A stretch of 48,988 bases of DNA from Pseudobacteriovorax sp. (GTDB lineage: Bacteria > Bdellovibrionota_B > Oligoflexia > Oligoflexales > Oligoflexaceae). Shown here piece after piece: positions 17,434 through 28,426 of the stretch (positions within the stretch are counted from its first letter, which is position 1; every line of letters starts with the position of its first letter). The stretch lies in contig JBNKNM010000021.1 of the NCBI GenBank assembly GCA_050293845.1, forward strand, positions 1 to 48,988. Direction: 5' to 3'. Made by a program: the position numbers and the translations under genes. The notes below the pieces were generated by a model, which worked only from the letters and a program-made list of their open reading frames with translations, searched no databases and was not told the origin of the DNA.

Positions 17434-18468
17434 GTGCAGAAAATCAAAAAAAAAGTGGAAGAAAAACTTTCAGCTCTCCGTGATTGTTCCGGTCAGCTTT
17501 ATGTAGCATGCTCGGGGGGGCTAGATTCCATGGCTCTGCTAGAGATCTTACGTACTACATCCGCAGCACTAACAAGCGTTCCACCACCGCACATATTACA
17601 TGTTAACTACGGACTCAGAGGCCAGGAGTCTGATGACGACGAAGATTTTTTACGAACGTATGGAAAAATTCACAAGCTTTCCATCAGCGTGCTGGATTTA
17701 CGACAAGAGCCAAAACCTTCCCAAGGCATCCAAGATTGGGCTCGGAAAAAACGCTACTCATGGTTTCTAAACATCAGTAAAGCCAAGGATTGTATAGCCA
17801 TAGCTCATACAAGAAGTGATTTGGCTGAGAATGTTCTATTGCGCCTGGCAAGGGGAGTTGGCGATAACCTGCTGGGTATGGCTGTAGAATCGGGCCGTCT
17901 TTGGCGACCCTTGCTCAACGTACCTCGCACTGAGCTACAAGAGTATATGATCAGGCAAAATATTCCCCATCGCGAAGACTCCTCCAATGCTAAACTAGTC
18001 TATAGCCGCAACAAGATTCGGCTACAGGTTTTCCCGGTGTTAGAAGATATCGCCCCCCATGCGGAACAGCGTATTGTATATACGGCCCGCGATATCGATG
18101 AAATTTTGCGGGAACTTGACCTCCAAAACAAGAGTATCTGGAGCCAAGAAAAACTCTATGTCCAGGATATCTTGGGGTGCAGTGCAGCTTTAGCCAGACG
18201 TTTCATAACTTTGTTCCTTAAGGGCCAGGATGCAGAAATCGAGTTGAATAGAAGTCTAATCGCTGATATTTACGAGGCTCTATGTTCCCAGAAAGATTTA
18301 ACTAGAGAGTTGAAGGGCTATTGCAGGGTGTTAGTAAGAGGTGGAACATTAGAAGTGCAGTTTAAAGAGGCGTTTGCTGGATATTCGAAGCAATATAGCC
18401 GATTTTTAAAGGGGGAGCCCAAATTATTTTTAGGCTCAGGTGCAAAAATTAATAGGAACGAAAGTTAA
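17434..18468 (+). CDS. tilS: tRNA(Ile)-lysidine synthetase
   Basis: SGGLDS, HVNYGLRG, AHTRSDLAEN, RPLL, EDSSN, RNKIR; lies upstream of ftsH. Confidence 0.92.
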   Translation: MQKIKKKVEEKLSALRDCSGQLYVACSGGLDSMALLEILRTTSAALTSVPPPHILHVNYGLRGQESDDDEDFLRTYGKIHKLSISVLDLRQEPKPSQGIQDWARKKRYSWFLNISKAKDCIAIAHTRSDLAENVLLRLARGVGDNLLGMAVESGRLWRPLLNVPRTELQEYMIRQNIPHREDSSNAKLVYSRNKIRLQVFPVLEDIAPHAEQRIVYTARDIDEILRELDLQNKSIWSQEKLYVQDILGCSAALARRFITLFLKGQDAEIELNRSLIADIYEALCSQKDLTRELKGYCRVLVRGGTLEVQFKEAFAGYSKQYSRFLKGEPKLFLGSGAKINRNES

Positions 18469-18490
18469 TACGAGTTATTGAGAGAGCAGG

Positions 18491-18509
18491 CCTCGGCTCG
18501 GAGCCGAGG
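18491..18509. repeat. GC-rich hairpin between tilS and ftsH
   Basis: CCTCGGCT-cgg-AGCCGAGG with no U-tract. Confidence 0.6.
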
Positions 18510-18665
18510 AGATTGTGAATTAATCTTAAGTACTTCTCATTCCTATTAAGGCAGCCTATCAAGATTGGCGTTGCTCCATTAGGGTAAGATCTTGATACTT
18601 TTAAAAAGTAGTGAACAACGATATTCTTAATTAAATTGTCTATTCTCAGCAGGAGAAAGAGGTAT

Positions 18666-20627
18666 ATGTCAAAATCAAAGAAGTCCAATCAGCAAGTGAA
18701 GTTTTCTCTATTACTCGCTGGTATAGTTATGTTGGCATTTATGTTCAACATTTTATCGACAACAAAGGAAGAATCACAAGTCATTAATTTTACACAGTTT
18801 TCTGAGCTTGTATCCGCAGGTCAGGTCAGTGAGATGACCATTAGTCCTCTGGAAAGTACCGTGACGAAAAGGGATGGCACTGCAGTCATAGTTAATGTCC
18901 CTGAGGACGTCATTAATGCCGATGACCTAGTCAAAAAGGGAATTCAGGTGACTTATAAGAAACCTGAAGAAGAAAGTCTCTGGAAAGGTTTACTCATTAA
19001 CTTTGCCCCGTTCCTCCTAGTCATATTTTTCGCCATGCTAATTTTACGCCAAATAAATATTGGCGGTGGTAAGGCCATGTCCTTTGGCAAAAGCAGAGCG
19101 AAAATGCTCAATGAAAACCAGTCAAAACTGACATTTAAAGACGTAGCGGGTGTTGAAGAAGCCAAAAACGAGCTTGAAGAAATCGTAGACTTTTTGAAAG
19201 ACCCTAAAAAGTTCACTCGATTAGGAGGTCGCATTCCCAAAGGTGTGCTCCTTGTAGGACCTCCAGGTACAGGTAAAACTATTTTAGCCAAAGCCATTGC
19301 AGGAGAGGCTGGTGTCCCATTCTTTAGTATTTCGGGATCTGACTTTGTTGAGATGTTTGTTGGTGTTGGAGCGAGCCGGGTCCGTGACCTATTTGAGCAA
19401 GCGAAAAAACAGGCTCCCTGTATTATATTTATTGACGAAATCGATGCCGTGGGACGACAGCGTGGAGCTGGACTTGGGGGAGGCCACGACGAGCGCGAAC
19501 AGACCCTCAATCAACTTTTAGTTGAAATGGATGGTTTTGAAACAAATGAGGGTGTTATCCTTATTGCAGCTACGAACCGTGCTGATGTTCTCGACCCAGC
19601 CCTTTTACGACCAGGTCGATTCGACCGAAGAGTCTATGTTCCAAAACCAGACGTGCGGGGTCGCCGAGGAATTCTTGGTGTCCACACCCGTAAAACCCCT
19701 CTAAAAACTGACGTAGACCTAGATATCATAGCCCAGGGAACATCTGGTTTTTCCGGTGCTGATTTGCAAAACCTCGTCAATGAAGCCGCCCTCATAGCAG
19801 CCCGAAACGATTGCAAAGAAGTAACCATGGCCCACTTTGAAAATGCCAAGGATAAGGTCATGATGGGGCCAGAGCGTAAAAGTATGGTTTTCAGCGAGCA
19901 GGAAAAGCGCACAACAGCCTACCATGAGGCAGGCCACTGTATCGTAGCAAAGATGGTTCCTGGAGCCGACCCTGTTCACAAAATTACTATCATTCCTCGT
20001 GGCCAAGCTCTGGGAGTCACTATCCTACTACCAGCAGAGGATAGGCTTTCTATGTCAAAAGAGTATGCTGAGGGTATGATTGCCTACGCCATGGGTGGGC
20101 GGGCTGCTGAAGAAATCGTCTTCGGCCACCTCACCACAGGTGCTGGAAACGATATCCAAAAAGCAACAGATATTGCCAGACGTATGGTATGTAATTGGGG
20201 CATGAGCGATAAACTAGGACCAATTGCCCTCAATGCCAATGATCATGATCCGTTTGTGGGTCGCGAGTTCGGTCATCATGATCGCTACTCAGAAACAGTC
20301 CTTAACGATATTGACTCTGAAGTTAAAAATATCATCACGACAGCCTATGATAAGGCTCTCAGCATTCTTAAGGACAAAAGGGAAGTTCTCACGGAGATGT
20401 CGGAATCTCTGCTTATCCGAGAAACCCTAGAGTCCAAGGATATTGATGCCATCATGAATGGTAATAAAATTGTTTCTGAAGAAGAAAAAGAAGCATACCA
20501 GGATAGGGTGAAAAAGGAGCGTGAAGCATCCCTGAACGCATCCCAGAAAAAGAATCAAAATACCAAACAACAAGATTCCGAAGATCCTACTGCAACAGGA
20601 GTCGAGCCATTACCGCTAGGAACTTAG
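18666..20627 (+). CDS. ftsH: ATP-dependent zinc metalloprotease FtsH
   Basis: Two TM helices, [32 protein letters not shown]. Confidence 0.98.
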   Translation: MSKSKKSNQQVKFSLLLAGIVMLAFMFNILSTTKEESQVINFTQFSELVSAGQVSEMTISPLESTVTKRDGTAVIVNVPEDVINADDLVKKGIQVTYKKPEEESLWKGLLINFAPFLLVIFFAMLILRQINIGGGKAMSFGKSRAKMLNENQSKLTFKDVAGVEEAKNELEEIVDFLKDPKKFTRLGGRIPKGVLLVGPPGTGKTILAKAIAGEAGVPFFSISGSDFVEMFVGVGASRVRDLFEQAKKQAPCIIFIDEIDAVGRQRGAGLGGGHDEREQTLNQLLVEMDGFETNEGVILIAATNRADVLDPALLRPGRFDRRVYVPKPDVRGRRGILGVHTRKTPLKTDVDLDIIAQGTSGFSGADLQNLVNEAALIAARNDCKEVTMAHFENAKDKVMMGPERKSMVFSEQEKRTTAYHEAGHCIVAKMVPGADPVHKITIIPRGQALGVTILLPAEDRLSMSKEYAEGMIAYAMGGRAAEEIVFGHLTTGAGNDIQKATDIARRMVCNWGMSDKLGPIALNANDHDPFVGREFGHHDRYSETVLNDIDSEVKNIITTAYDKALSILKDKREVLTEMSESLLIRETLESKDIDAIMNGNKIVSEEEKEAYQDRVKKEREASLNASQKKNQNTKQQDSEDPTATGVEPLPLGT

Positions 20628-20644
20628 AACAAGACCAACTCATT

Positions 20645-21415
20645 ATGGGGGTTATCAATATCACCCCCGATTCATTTTCCGATGGCGGGCGGTATAATAA
20701 TCCCGAAGATGCCTTAAGGCGTGCCATAACTCTATCAGAGGAGGGTGCTGATATAATTGATCTAGGAGCCGAATCTTCTAGACCAGGTGCAAAATTTTTA
20801 AGTGTCGATGAGGAATGGCATAGGCTGGAACCTGTGCTGCGAAAGATTGAAGCCGCAAACTTACAAGCGCATATTAGCGTCGATACCAACAAACCAGAAA
20901 TTATGCGAAGAATAGTGGATTATGGTGTTAGTATAGTCAATGATATAAGGGGGGGAGCCGATCGCCGCACCCTAGAGTTTCTTTCCCGTCACTCCATAAC
21001 TTATCTTGCGATGCACATGCACCAAAACCCCGACACTATGCAAATCCAACCCCTATATGGAGTTGATGCAATATCTGAAGTAGAAGCGTTTTATCGGAAA
21101 ACAAAGCAATATCTACTTGACTGTGGATTTAAAGACGAAAATATTTGGCTAGACCCTGGGATAGGTTTTGGTAAAGACGATAAAGCCAACCTACTTCTAC
21201 TAAAGCAGAGTTACTCATGGGTAAAGCAATATCAACTTGTCATGGGTATTTCAAGAAAATCTTTTCTTGGAAGGCTTTTGGGAATTGGTAACCCCCAAGA
21301 CCGGGACCCAGCGTCGAAAATGCTTGAGTACAGTTTCTTGGCTCATAATATAAAGGCAATTCGCACCCACGAAGTCAAATCTCTAGTTATCATGAGAGGA
21401 CTGCTCGCAGTGTGA
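20645..21415 (+). CDS. folP: Dihydropteroate synthase
   Basis: MGVINITPDSFSDGG, ESSRPG, SVDT, DPGIGFGK, SRKSF, IRTHEV. Confidence 0.96.
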   Translation: MGVINITPDSFSDGGRYNNPEDALRRAITLSEEGADIIDLGAESSRPGAKFLSVDEEWHRLEPVLRKIEAANLQAHISVDTNKPEIMRRIVDYGVSIVNDIRGGADRRTLEFLSRHSITYLAMHMHQNPDTMQIQPLYGVDAISEVEAFYRKTKQYLLDCGFKDENIWLDPGIGFGKDDKANLLLLKQSYSWVKQYQLVMGISRKSFLGRLLGIGNPQDRDPASKMLEYSFLAHNIKAIRTHEVKSLVIMRGLLAV

Positions 21416-21438
21416 GTTAGTGAACAAGTGGAGTTTTA

Positions 21439-22293
21439 ATGATCGATCTGATTCAAAAGCTAGGTACATGGGCTTTTGTCGATGTATTGATCATCGCCAT
21501 TGCTATCTATAGGCTACTGTTGCTCATAAGAGGAACTAGAGCTATGCAAATGGTATTAGGAATATTGATCCTCGCGGGCTTTGCATTTCTACTCTCACTG
21601 ATCTATCCCTTAACCACTTTAAAATGGGTTATGGATAAATTCTATTCTTCCATCTTTATTATTCTTGTCATTCTCTTTCAGGAAGATATTCGCCGTGTGC
21701 TATCGCGCATGGGTAAGAGGACTGTGTTTCCCAGTGGAGAGACGGTAGCCTCTCAGCACATGCTAGATGAAATTACCCGCGCATCCTCCTCTCTGACTAG
21801 TAAGAAATTTGGGGCTCTCATAGTCATCGAACGCAACATCATTCTCAGTCGCTATGTTGATATTGGAATCCTTGTAGACGGCCGTATTTCCAAAGAGCTA
21901 TTGGTCTCTATCTTTCACCCTTCATCTCCCGCCCATGATGGCGCTGTTATTATCCAAGAGGGACGAATCGCTGCAGCAGGCTGCTTTCTCCCTCTTACAA
22001 GGGATGAAAACATCAATCCGGACCTCGGCACACGACACCGCGCCGCGATTGGTATGAGTCAAGAAACTGATGCCCTGGTAGTAGTTGTCTCAGAAGAAAC
22101 ACAAGCCATCTCCCTTGTCGTCGATGGTAATGTTTCCCGTAACCTCAGCCCTAAAGAGCTGCGCAAGGCGCTACGCAATTTACTGAGCCCCAAGGCAGAG
22201 GAAGCGGCAGCCAAACAAAAAAGGAGCGGTAGCAATTGGAACCATGTGATCGAGAGAATGAGAATCTTCCGCTCCGGGAGTGACAGAAAATGA
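21439..22293 (+). CDS. cdaA: Diadenylate cyclase (membrane-bound, CdaA/DacA)
   Basis: Three N-terminal TM helices, FQEDIRR, HDGA and GTRHRAA catalytic motifs, VSEET. Confidence 0.95.
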   Translation: MIDLIQKLGTWAFVDVLIIAIAIYRLLLLIRGTRAMQMVLGILILAGFAFLLSLIYPLTTLKWVMDKFYSSIFIILVILFQEDIRRVLSRMGKRTVFPSGETVASQHMLDEITRASSSLTSKKFGALIVIERNIILSRYVDIGILVDGRISKELLVSIFHPSSPAHDGAVIIQEGRIAAAGCFLPLTRDENINPDLGTRHRAAIGMSQETDALVVVVSEETQAISLVVDGNVSRNLSPKELRKALRNLLSPKAEEAAAKQKRSGSNWNHVIERMRIFRSGSDRK

Positions 22294-23219
22294 TCAAAAA
22301 ACTGGTACAGCTTGTCACACGCAATATTGGCTATAAAATAGCCTCACTGATATTAGCTATCTTGATTTGGGGAATCATCCAGGCGGAGCAGATTCAAGAT
22401 AAGAACATTGAAATCAGGGTAAATATACAGCCTGCCCCAGGTTATACCATTCGTGGCGATTATGTTCGCACGAAGTCGGCAACCATGCGAGGTCCTCGGG
22501 TATGGATGATCGATGCTCCCAAAACCTTAGAAGCTGATCTCAATATCCCTTCTGGTAAGCAGGGACGTTTTCGCGGCAGAATAGATAAGGAAAAGATAAA
22601 AAAATGGAATCAGAGATTTCAACTGATGATTCACGACCCTTATATTGATATATTTGTTGATCGCAAAATTGAGCGGACGGTTCCCGTTAAAGAAATTCTC
22701 CAAGGTACTCCAGCCGAAGGCTACCTGATCGAAAAAATCACTTTAGAGCCTCGCGTGGTGACCCTTACCGGAGTGCGAGAGGATTTACTCAAGTTACGTC
22801 AGATAGCAACAGAACCCATCGATATCGATGGCATCAAAAACAACACCACCAAAAAGGTCAAACTCATCTCGCCAGGACGTGGCGTAAACTCCATGAGCCT
22901 CAGCACGGTGAATGCCCATTTCAAGGTCGGTGATAGCAAAGTTAATAAGCGCTTTGGTAGCATTCCCATTGAGGTTGTCGGTAGCGACCATAAAACGCGG
23001 GTCAAACCCACCTTTGCATCCATAATGGTACAAGGAACCCCTGGCGTTCTCAACTTTATCAAGCGTCCTGACTTTAGGGCATTCATCGAAGCCCAAGGCT
23101 TGAAACCAGGTCGGTATGAGCAGGATATCAAGGTACAGATACCTTCTGATACGGTTTTAATTGAAACCTTTCCCGAGAAAGGTATTGTTACTATTCTTCA
23201 AGAAAAGAAGGCTGAATAA
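22290..23219 (+). CDS. cdaR: YbbR-domain regulator of diadenylate cyclase
   Basis: KIASLILAILIW anchor, repeated beta-rich YbbR-like units, position between cdaA and glmM. Confidence 0.85.
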   Translation: MIKKLVQLVTRNIGYKIASLILAILIWGIIQAEQIQDKNIEIRVNIQPAPGYTIRGDYVRTKSATMRGPRVWMIDAPKTLEADLNIPSGKQGRFRGRIDKEKIKKWNQRFQLMIHDPYIDIFVDRKIERTVPVKEILQGTPAEGYLIEKITLEPRVVTLTGVREDLLKLRQIATEPIDIDGIKNNTTKKVKLISPGRGVNSMSLSTVNAHFKVGDSKVNKRFGSIPIEVVGSDHKTRVKPTFASIMVQGTPGVLNFIKRPDFRAFIEAQGLKPGRYEQDIKVQIPSDTVLIETFPEKGIVTILQEKKAE

Positions 23220-23303
23220 TGGGATAAGCAACTCTCTGGAAGGCTAAATCCTGGGTACAGCCCTATGAATCAAGAGAACCTCATGTAATAAGGAAAAGCT
23301 GTT

Positions 23304-24650
23304 TTGGGAAAATACTTTGGTACTGATGGTATTCGAGGAAAAGCAAACGTAGCCCCTATGTCCCCTGATTTTTTACTCAAGCTCGGACAGGCTATTGGCG
23401 TCCACTTTAAAAAGACTTACCCCAAACCAAGGATCCTTATCGGCAAAGACACTCGTCGCAGTGGCTATATGCTAGAACAAGCCCTCAGCTCTGGTATTTG
23501 CAGTGTGGGTGTTGATGTTGAGTTTTTAGGTCCTCTACCAACCCCAGGAATTGCCTACCTGACCCGCGGCTTGCGTGCCTGTGCCGGTATCGTCATCTCT
23601 GCTTCTCATAACCCTTTCTACGATAACGGGATTAAAATATTCTCCGACAACGGCTTTAAGCTACCTGATGAAATTGAAGATCAACTCGAAGATATGGTGG
23701 ACCGCAATCCCATTATTGACGATTTTCCGGTTCATATGGAAATTGGCCGGGCTAAACGCATTGACGATGCTGTAGGCCAATATGCTGTCTTCTTGAAAGA
23801 GCAATTTCCCAAACACCTCACTCTTGAGGGTATGCGCATCGTTATGGACTGCGCTCACGGTGCCTCATACAAAGTGGCTCCTAAAGTGTTTGAAGAGTTG
23901 GGAGCGGAACTATTCGTTGTCGGCAATGAGCCTAACGGACAGAACATAAACGATCAATGTGGCGCGCTTCATCCTAAGAACCTTAAAGAAATGGTGCGGT
24001 TATACAAGGCAGATATTGGACTTGCTTTTGATGGCGATGCCGATCGCCTGATTGTTGTTGATGATAAAGCTGATATCGTTGATGGCGATCAAATTATGGC
24101 CATTTGTGCTAGATTTTACAAACAGCAGGAACGCCTAAAAAAATCCACCGTCGTTGCTACGGTTATGAGCAATATGGGCCTCGATATTGCCATGAATAGT
24201 ATAGGTGTGAAGGTTCTCAGAACAAAAGTAGGAGATCGCTACGTAGTCGAAGAGATGCGTCGTGGTGGATATAACCTCGGAGGAGAGCAATCGGGACATC
24301 TGGTTTTTTCTGACAGCAGCACCACAGGAGATGGGATTTTAGCGGCACTACACCTGCTTGAAATCGTTCAAGAAGAAAAAACTCCTATATCAGATCTCAA
24401 AAAATGTATGGAAGTACTGCCTCAAGTCCTTAAAAACGTAAAGGTTCTCAAAAAAACACCTTTGGAAGAGATGCCGACGGTTCGCAAGACTATCCAATCC
24501 TGTGAAAAAAAGTTAGGAAATAAGGGTCGCGTTTTATTCCGGTACTCAGGAACGGAAAATTTAGCGCGCATCATGTTAGAAGGCGAAGATAACCACGAAA
24601 TCGATACCATGGCTGCACGCATTGCTGAAGCACTGCAGTCGGAAAAGTAA
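23304..24650 (+). CDS. glmM: Phosphoglucosamine mutase
   Basis: YFGTDGIRG, GKDTRRSG, SASHNP, DGDADR, GGEQSGH, RYSGTE. Confidence 0.97.
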   Translation: MGKYFGTDGIRGKANVAPMSPDFLLKLGQAIGVHFKKTYPKPRILIGKDTRRSGYMLEQALSSGICSVGVDVEFLGPLPTPGIAYLTRGLRACAGIVISASHNPFYDNGIKIFSDNGFKLPDEIEDQLEDMVDRNPIIDDFPVHMEIGRAKRIDDAVGQYAVFLKEQFPKHLTLEGMRIVMDCAHGASYKVAPKVFEELGAELFVVGNEPNGQNINDQCGALHPKNLKEMVRLYKADIGLAFDGDADRLIVVDDKADIVDGDQIMAICARFYKQQERLKKSTVVATVMSNMGLDIAMNSIGVKVLRTKVGDRYVVEEMRRGGYNLGGEQSGHLVFSDSSTTGDGILAALHLLEIVQEEKTPISDLKKCMEVLPQVLKNVKVLKKTPLEEMPTVRKTIQSCEKKLGNKGRVLFRYSGTENLARIMLEGEDNHEIDTMAARIAEALQSEK

Positions 24651-24664
24651 GGAGTATATCGATA

Positions 24665-25417
24665 GTGATACGTTTAGGTGTCAATTTAGACCACATTGCA
24701 ACCATCAGAAATTCCCGTGGCGAAAGTTACCCCAGCCCTGCCCAGGCAGCTATTTTTGCAGAGATGGGGGGAGCTGCAAATATCACATGTCACCTGCGGG
24801 AAGATCGACGTCACATCCGCGACCGCGATCTGGAAATACTTCGCGAAATTATTCAGGTTCCCCTTAATTTTGAGATGGCTATTACCCCAGAGATGCTTGC
24901 TATCGCCAAAAGGCTCAAACCTCATGCAGTAACCCTCGTTCCAGAAAAGCGTCAGGAGCTCACCACAGAGGGTGGTTTGAACCCTAATAGCTACCATAAC
25001 CTAAGGGATGCCGTGTCCTCACTGCGCATCGATAATATTCTAGTATCATTGTTTGTAGAGGCTGATAAAAAAGTCGTGGATACCTGCAAAGAATTGGGAG
25101 CCGATGCTATAGAAATCCACACCGGTGATTTTTGTCAGCAATTGGCAGGTGCCAAAACCACTCAGGAGCAGTGGAAAATACTGCAGCCCTTCATAGATAT
25201 AGCCCGACACGGTCATGCCATAGGCCTCCAGGTTCACTTTGGGCATGGTCTCAACTACAACAATGCCCATTGGCTCCAGGCCATTCCCCACTGCGAAGAG
25301 GCTAATATTGGTCATGCAATCGTGGCTCGCTCTGTTTTTGTCGGACTTACCCAAGCTGTTCAAGAAATGCATGATCTACTTAACAATCCAAAGTTTGTTC
25401 CCGTATTAAAGGCGTAA
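24665..25417 (+). CDS. pdxJ: Pyridoxine 5'-phosphate synthase
   Basis: LGVNLDHIATIRNSR, HLREDRRHI, LVPEKRQELTTEGG, EIHTG, GHGL, NIGH. Confidence 0.97.
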   Translation: MIRLGVNLDHIATIRNSRGESYPSPAQAAIFAEMGGAANITCHLREDRRHIRDRDLEILREIIQVPLNFEMAITPEMLAIAKRLKPHAVTLVPEKRQELTTEGGLNPNSYHNLRDAVSSLRIDNILVSLFVEADKKVVDTCKELGADAIEIHTGDFCQQLAGAKTTQEQWKILQPFIDIARHGHAIGLQVHFGHGLNYNNAHWLQAIPHCEEANIGHAIVARSVFVGLTQAVQEMHDLLNNPKFVPVLKA

Positions 25418-25419
25418 GC

Positions 25420-25842
25420 ATGCAGTGGCTTCTTGATGAAACACAATTAGAGCCTATGATCCGAGAGATCGATACCCTTTTGGGCGAGGGCTTTGTACTC
25501 TGGCTGCAGGGGGAGATGGGAACGGGAAAAACTTCTTTTGTCCGGGCTTTTTTAAGGTTCCGCGGGCTATCACAAAAAACTCCTGTGATATCGCCAACAT
25601 ACACTATTATGAACGAGTACAATATCGATAACGACTGGTATGCTCATCTGGATCTCTATCGTGCAGAATCCTCATTTAGCCTCAATGAAATTGGCGTCCG
25701 CGATAAAGATTATAGGGGGATCTTCTTAGAGTGGCCTGATGCTCCTAACCCTGATGAAACCATTGCTCCGACTCATATACTGCAGATCGAGTATGCTAAT
25801 GATGGATGGCAACGACTCTACCGTTTTACTAAAACCGAGTGA
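25420..25842 (+). CDS. tsaE: tRNA threonylcarbamoyladenosine biosynthesis ATPase
   Basis: GEMGTGKT, SPTYT, HLDLYR, EW. Confidence 0.95.
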   Translation: MQWLLDETQLEPMIREIDTLLGEGFVLWLQGEMGTGKTSFVRAFLRFRGLSQKTPVISPTYTIMNEYNIDNDWYAHLDLYRAESSFSLNEIGVRDKDYRGIFLEWPDAPNPDETIAPTHILQIEYANDGWQRLYRFTKTE

Positions 25843-25971
25843 AGCTTTATGGCTATCTAGGGTCTTTTTTTGCATTTTCTATCGCAAATAAGTTATCCTA
25901 GGTCAGTCTTAAATTTCCTAGTTTCTTTAAATACAATAAATACGTATTTTTAGCGCATAAACCCCATTAAT

Positions 25972-27372
25972 TCATCGACAGTCTTTAACCCAATAAGTAT
26001 TGAGATCAGGACCAGCCCAAAAAATCGTAAAAGGTAGTCGATTATTTATACATTCCATGGATGCTTGTTGTGTAGCACCAATCCCAGACTCCCAATACTT
26101 CATAGCTACATCTGGAGCGGCTTCTTCAAGTTCAACATAGTCAATCTTGTAGCGATTTACTGTAAGGCTAAAAACATAGACCGCTGAAATCACAAAATAA
26201 ACTTTAATAAATCTGGACATTAAATCGCCGTTCAGGCTATTGGCTAAAATAAGAAACCCACACATCGGTAAAAACATCCAATAGCGAAGCTCGTGATTTT
26301 GCGGAATCCAGAGCAGCAATCCTGCACAAATACCCCATAACCCTAAACCCCATATCAACTCCCGAGCTTTTCTCGCATATATTGATCGCAACAACAGAAA
26401 AGTAATTAAACCCACAGTTGTGGAAAAAAGATATCCTCCCATGCGAAAATTCGGGTTATTGATAGTTTCTGGAACTCCTTGGTCGATCCCATAGGTCTGA
26501 GGCTTTGTAGTTTGCAAACGATTTAGTTCGAAAAATGAATGGATAAATTTTGTCGGCGTGGAAGCCTCCCAAAGGTACTTCGGAGTGCTATGATTCAGTT
26601 CTACTTTTGATAATTTGGGGGGAGATTTAGGAAATAATTTATGCACCAAAGGTGGGGGAACAGGGTGGGTTGGATTGCCAAATTTAATGACATTGCGTGC
26701 TGGAAATGCAGCAGAAAAAAGCAACGCTACTAAAACAAAGCCGAGTGAACGACCCCATTTGGCCCGACTTTTCACGCAACGAATCATAACAGAAATTGAT
26801 ACGATGACGCTCAACAACGCCACAAATGGCCATGCTTGATATTTGGCAAGCATACTGAGAAGTATGGCAAGAAGAAATATGAGCATCGAGCGCTTTTCCA
26901 GTCCCCTATGAACCAAACACCAGGAAGCTGCAAATAACAAGGTTACCGCAGAAGCAACCCAAAAATCTATGTAACTTGACCCTATATGAAGCACAAAAAG
27001 GGGCATGGCAAAGCAGCAAGTTAAAAACCAGCGAACTCTATATCGCAAGGACTTAAGGCTGATCAGTAGGATTCCAAGAATTAAGCCATTAGCTAAGACC
27101 CCCGCACTAAATATACCTGTAAGCACTATGAACGCTCCCTGAACATAATGAACAAGGGGTGGAAAACCATAGTACGCTTCCATGAGGTAGTCTGCAGGCC
27201 GAAAGCTCGTTGCATCAAAATGCATAAGAGCAAAAGGAAGGTGGTAGGCTAAAAAATCCCAGTCGTAATTGAAGTAGAGACTACCACGAACAATCAAAGT
27301 AGTAAATAGTAGAAAAAGTATGACAGAATGTAGTCTCTTGGCCACAGTCAAGAGAACCGAAAAACTAACCAA
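25972..27372 (-). CDS. Polytopic membrane protein, probable GT-C-fold glycosyltransferase
   Basis: Many TM segments, first-loop DWDFLAYHLP, YYGFPP, YIDF, AKY, FGNP, RY motifs. Confidence 0.55.
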   Translation of the reverse strand: MVSFSVLLTVAKRLHSVILFLLFTTLIVRGSLYFNYDWDFLAYHLPFALMHFDATSFRPADYLMEAYYGFPPLVHYVQGAFIVLTGIFSAGVLANGLILGILLISLKSLRYRVRWFLTCCFAMPLFVLHIGSSYIDFWVASAVTLLFAASWCLVHRGLEKRSMLIFLLAILLSMLAKYQAWPFVALLSVIVSISVMIRCVKSRAKWGRSLGFVLVALLFSAAFPARNVIKFGNPTHPVPPPLVHKLFPKSPPKLSKVELNHSTPKYLWEASTPTKFIHSFFELNRLQTTKPQTYGIDQGVPETINNPNFRMGGYLFSTTVGLITFLLLRSIYARKARELIWGLGLWGICAGLLLWIPQNHELRYWMFLPMCGFLILANSLNGDLMSRFIKVYFVISAVYVFSLTVNRYKIDYVELEEAAPDVAMKYWESGIGATQQASMECINNRLPFTIFWAGPDLNTYWVKDCR

Positions 27373-27544
27373 AACTTATGCCCCAATAAATTCAAATTAT
27401 TTATAACATCTTGAACCTGTTGGAACCATAGTTTTTATTCCATGACTAATAAAGTAGAGGGCCCACCTATAGCGCCCCTCTGAGAGAGTACCATTCAGCT
27501 TTTTCGTCCTTGAAAAATTGTAACACAAGCTATCTGTAGCAACT

Positions 27545-28390
27545 TCATGAATCAACAATTAGCTCTGCGGTATCGGCAATCTGACAAAACCACAAAGGCT
27601 TCCTTTTAGCAAAAAAAGCGGTCAAACCTTCCTGGCCTGATACACTGGCACGAATCTTAGCAATAGCATCTGCAGTATAAGACCCCTGCCGACCCTGATG
27701 CTCGTCCATCTCGTCCTGCAATTTTTTATAGGCAAGTTGCGATTGAGGACTCGCCGCTAATATATTCTGTATCTCTGACCTTACGGCCTGTTCCATAGCT
27801 TCCATGGGAACCACCTGTTCCACTAAACCATAAGAGAGCGCTTCTGCTGCATTAAAAACATAAGAGCTAAGGGTCAGCCGACGCAAAGGGCCCCGCATCA
27901 TCTTACGACTTAAGTAAGGCAGGATTACGGCTGGAATTAATCCGATTTTGGCTTCACTCAGGCAAAATCGAGCGCTTTCAGTAGCAAGAGCATAATCGCA
28001 GGCAGCGATCATACCCACAGCACCGCCATAGGATGCGCCCTTGGCCACGGCGATGGTCGGCATCGGCATATGATAGATCGCTTCAAACATAGCTGTCAGT
28101 TTTTCCGCCTCTTCGCGATTTTTTTCATAACCTAATCGAGCCGATTCCTGCATCCACTTAAGGTTAGCTCCCGCAGAAAAATGCTTACCCTTACTTTGAA
28201 TGATGAGGGCCCGCACCGTTTGATCCTGGGCTATCAAGTGCAAATTTTGCGTCATCGCCACTAAAATCTTGCTGCTCAAGGCATTGGCTGTCTCAGGCTG
28301 GTTGATAACTAAACTGGCTAAGCGATTTTCCGATGGATTTCCCGCTTCATCCATCAGGTCATAGTATTCCACTAACACTGGTGTAGACAT
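27545..28390 (-). CDS. Enoyl-CoA hydratase/isomerase family (methylglutaconyl-CoA hydratase LiuC-like)
   Basis: FSAGANL, GASYGGAVG, FCLSEAKIGLIPAVI, EGLTAFFAKRKP; AGGAGA RBS before ATG 28390. Confidence 0.88.
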   Translation of the reverse strand: MSTPVLVEYYDLMDEAGNPSENRLASLVINQPETANALSSKILVAMTQNLHLIAQDQTVRALIIQSKGKHFSAGANLKWMQESARLGYEKNREEAEKLTAMFEAIYHMPMPTIAVAKGASYGGAVGMIAACDYALATESARFCLSEAKIGLIPAVILPYLSRKMMRGPLRRLTLSSYVFNAAEALSYGLVEQVVPMEAMEQAVRSEIQNILAASPQSQLAYKKLQDEMDEHQGRQGSYTADAIAKIRASVSGQEGLTAFFAKRKPLWFCQIADTAELIVDS

Positions 28391-28400
28391 AATATCTCCT

Positions 28401-28426
28401 AAAAACGGTAGCACGATGTGCTACCG
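28401..28426 (-). terminator. Intrinsic terminator-like hairpin after the ALDH gene
   Basis: Minus strand CGGTAGCAC-atc-GTGCTACCG-TTTTT. Confidence 0.7.

Noticed and set aside
18469..18550. Possible read-through or frameshift extension of the short TilS C-terminus
   Set aside because: The downstream in-frame peptide shows no recognisable TilS motif, and short TilS forms exist.
18953..19510. 185-aa antisense ORF inside ftsH, and similar shadow ORFs in fadD, ALDH, thrA, glyA and the flagellins
   Set aside because: Antisense shadows of well-conserved genes with no independent coding signal.
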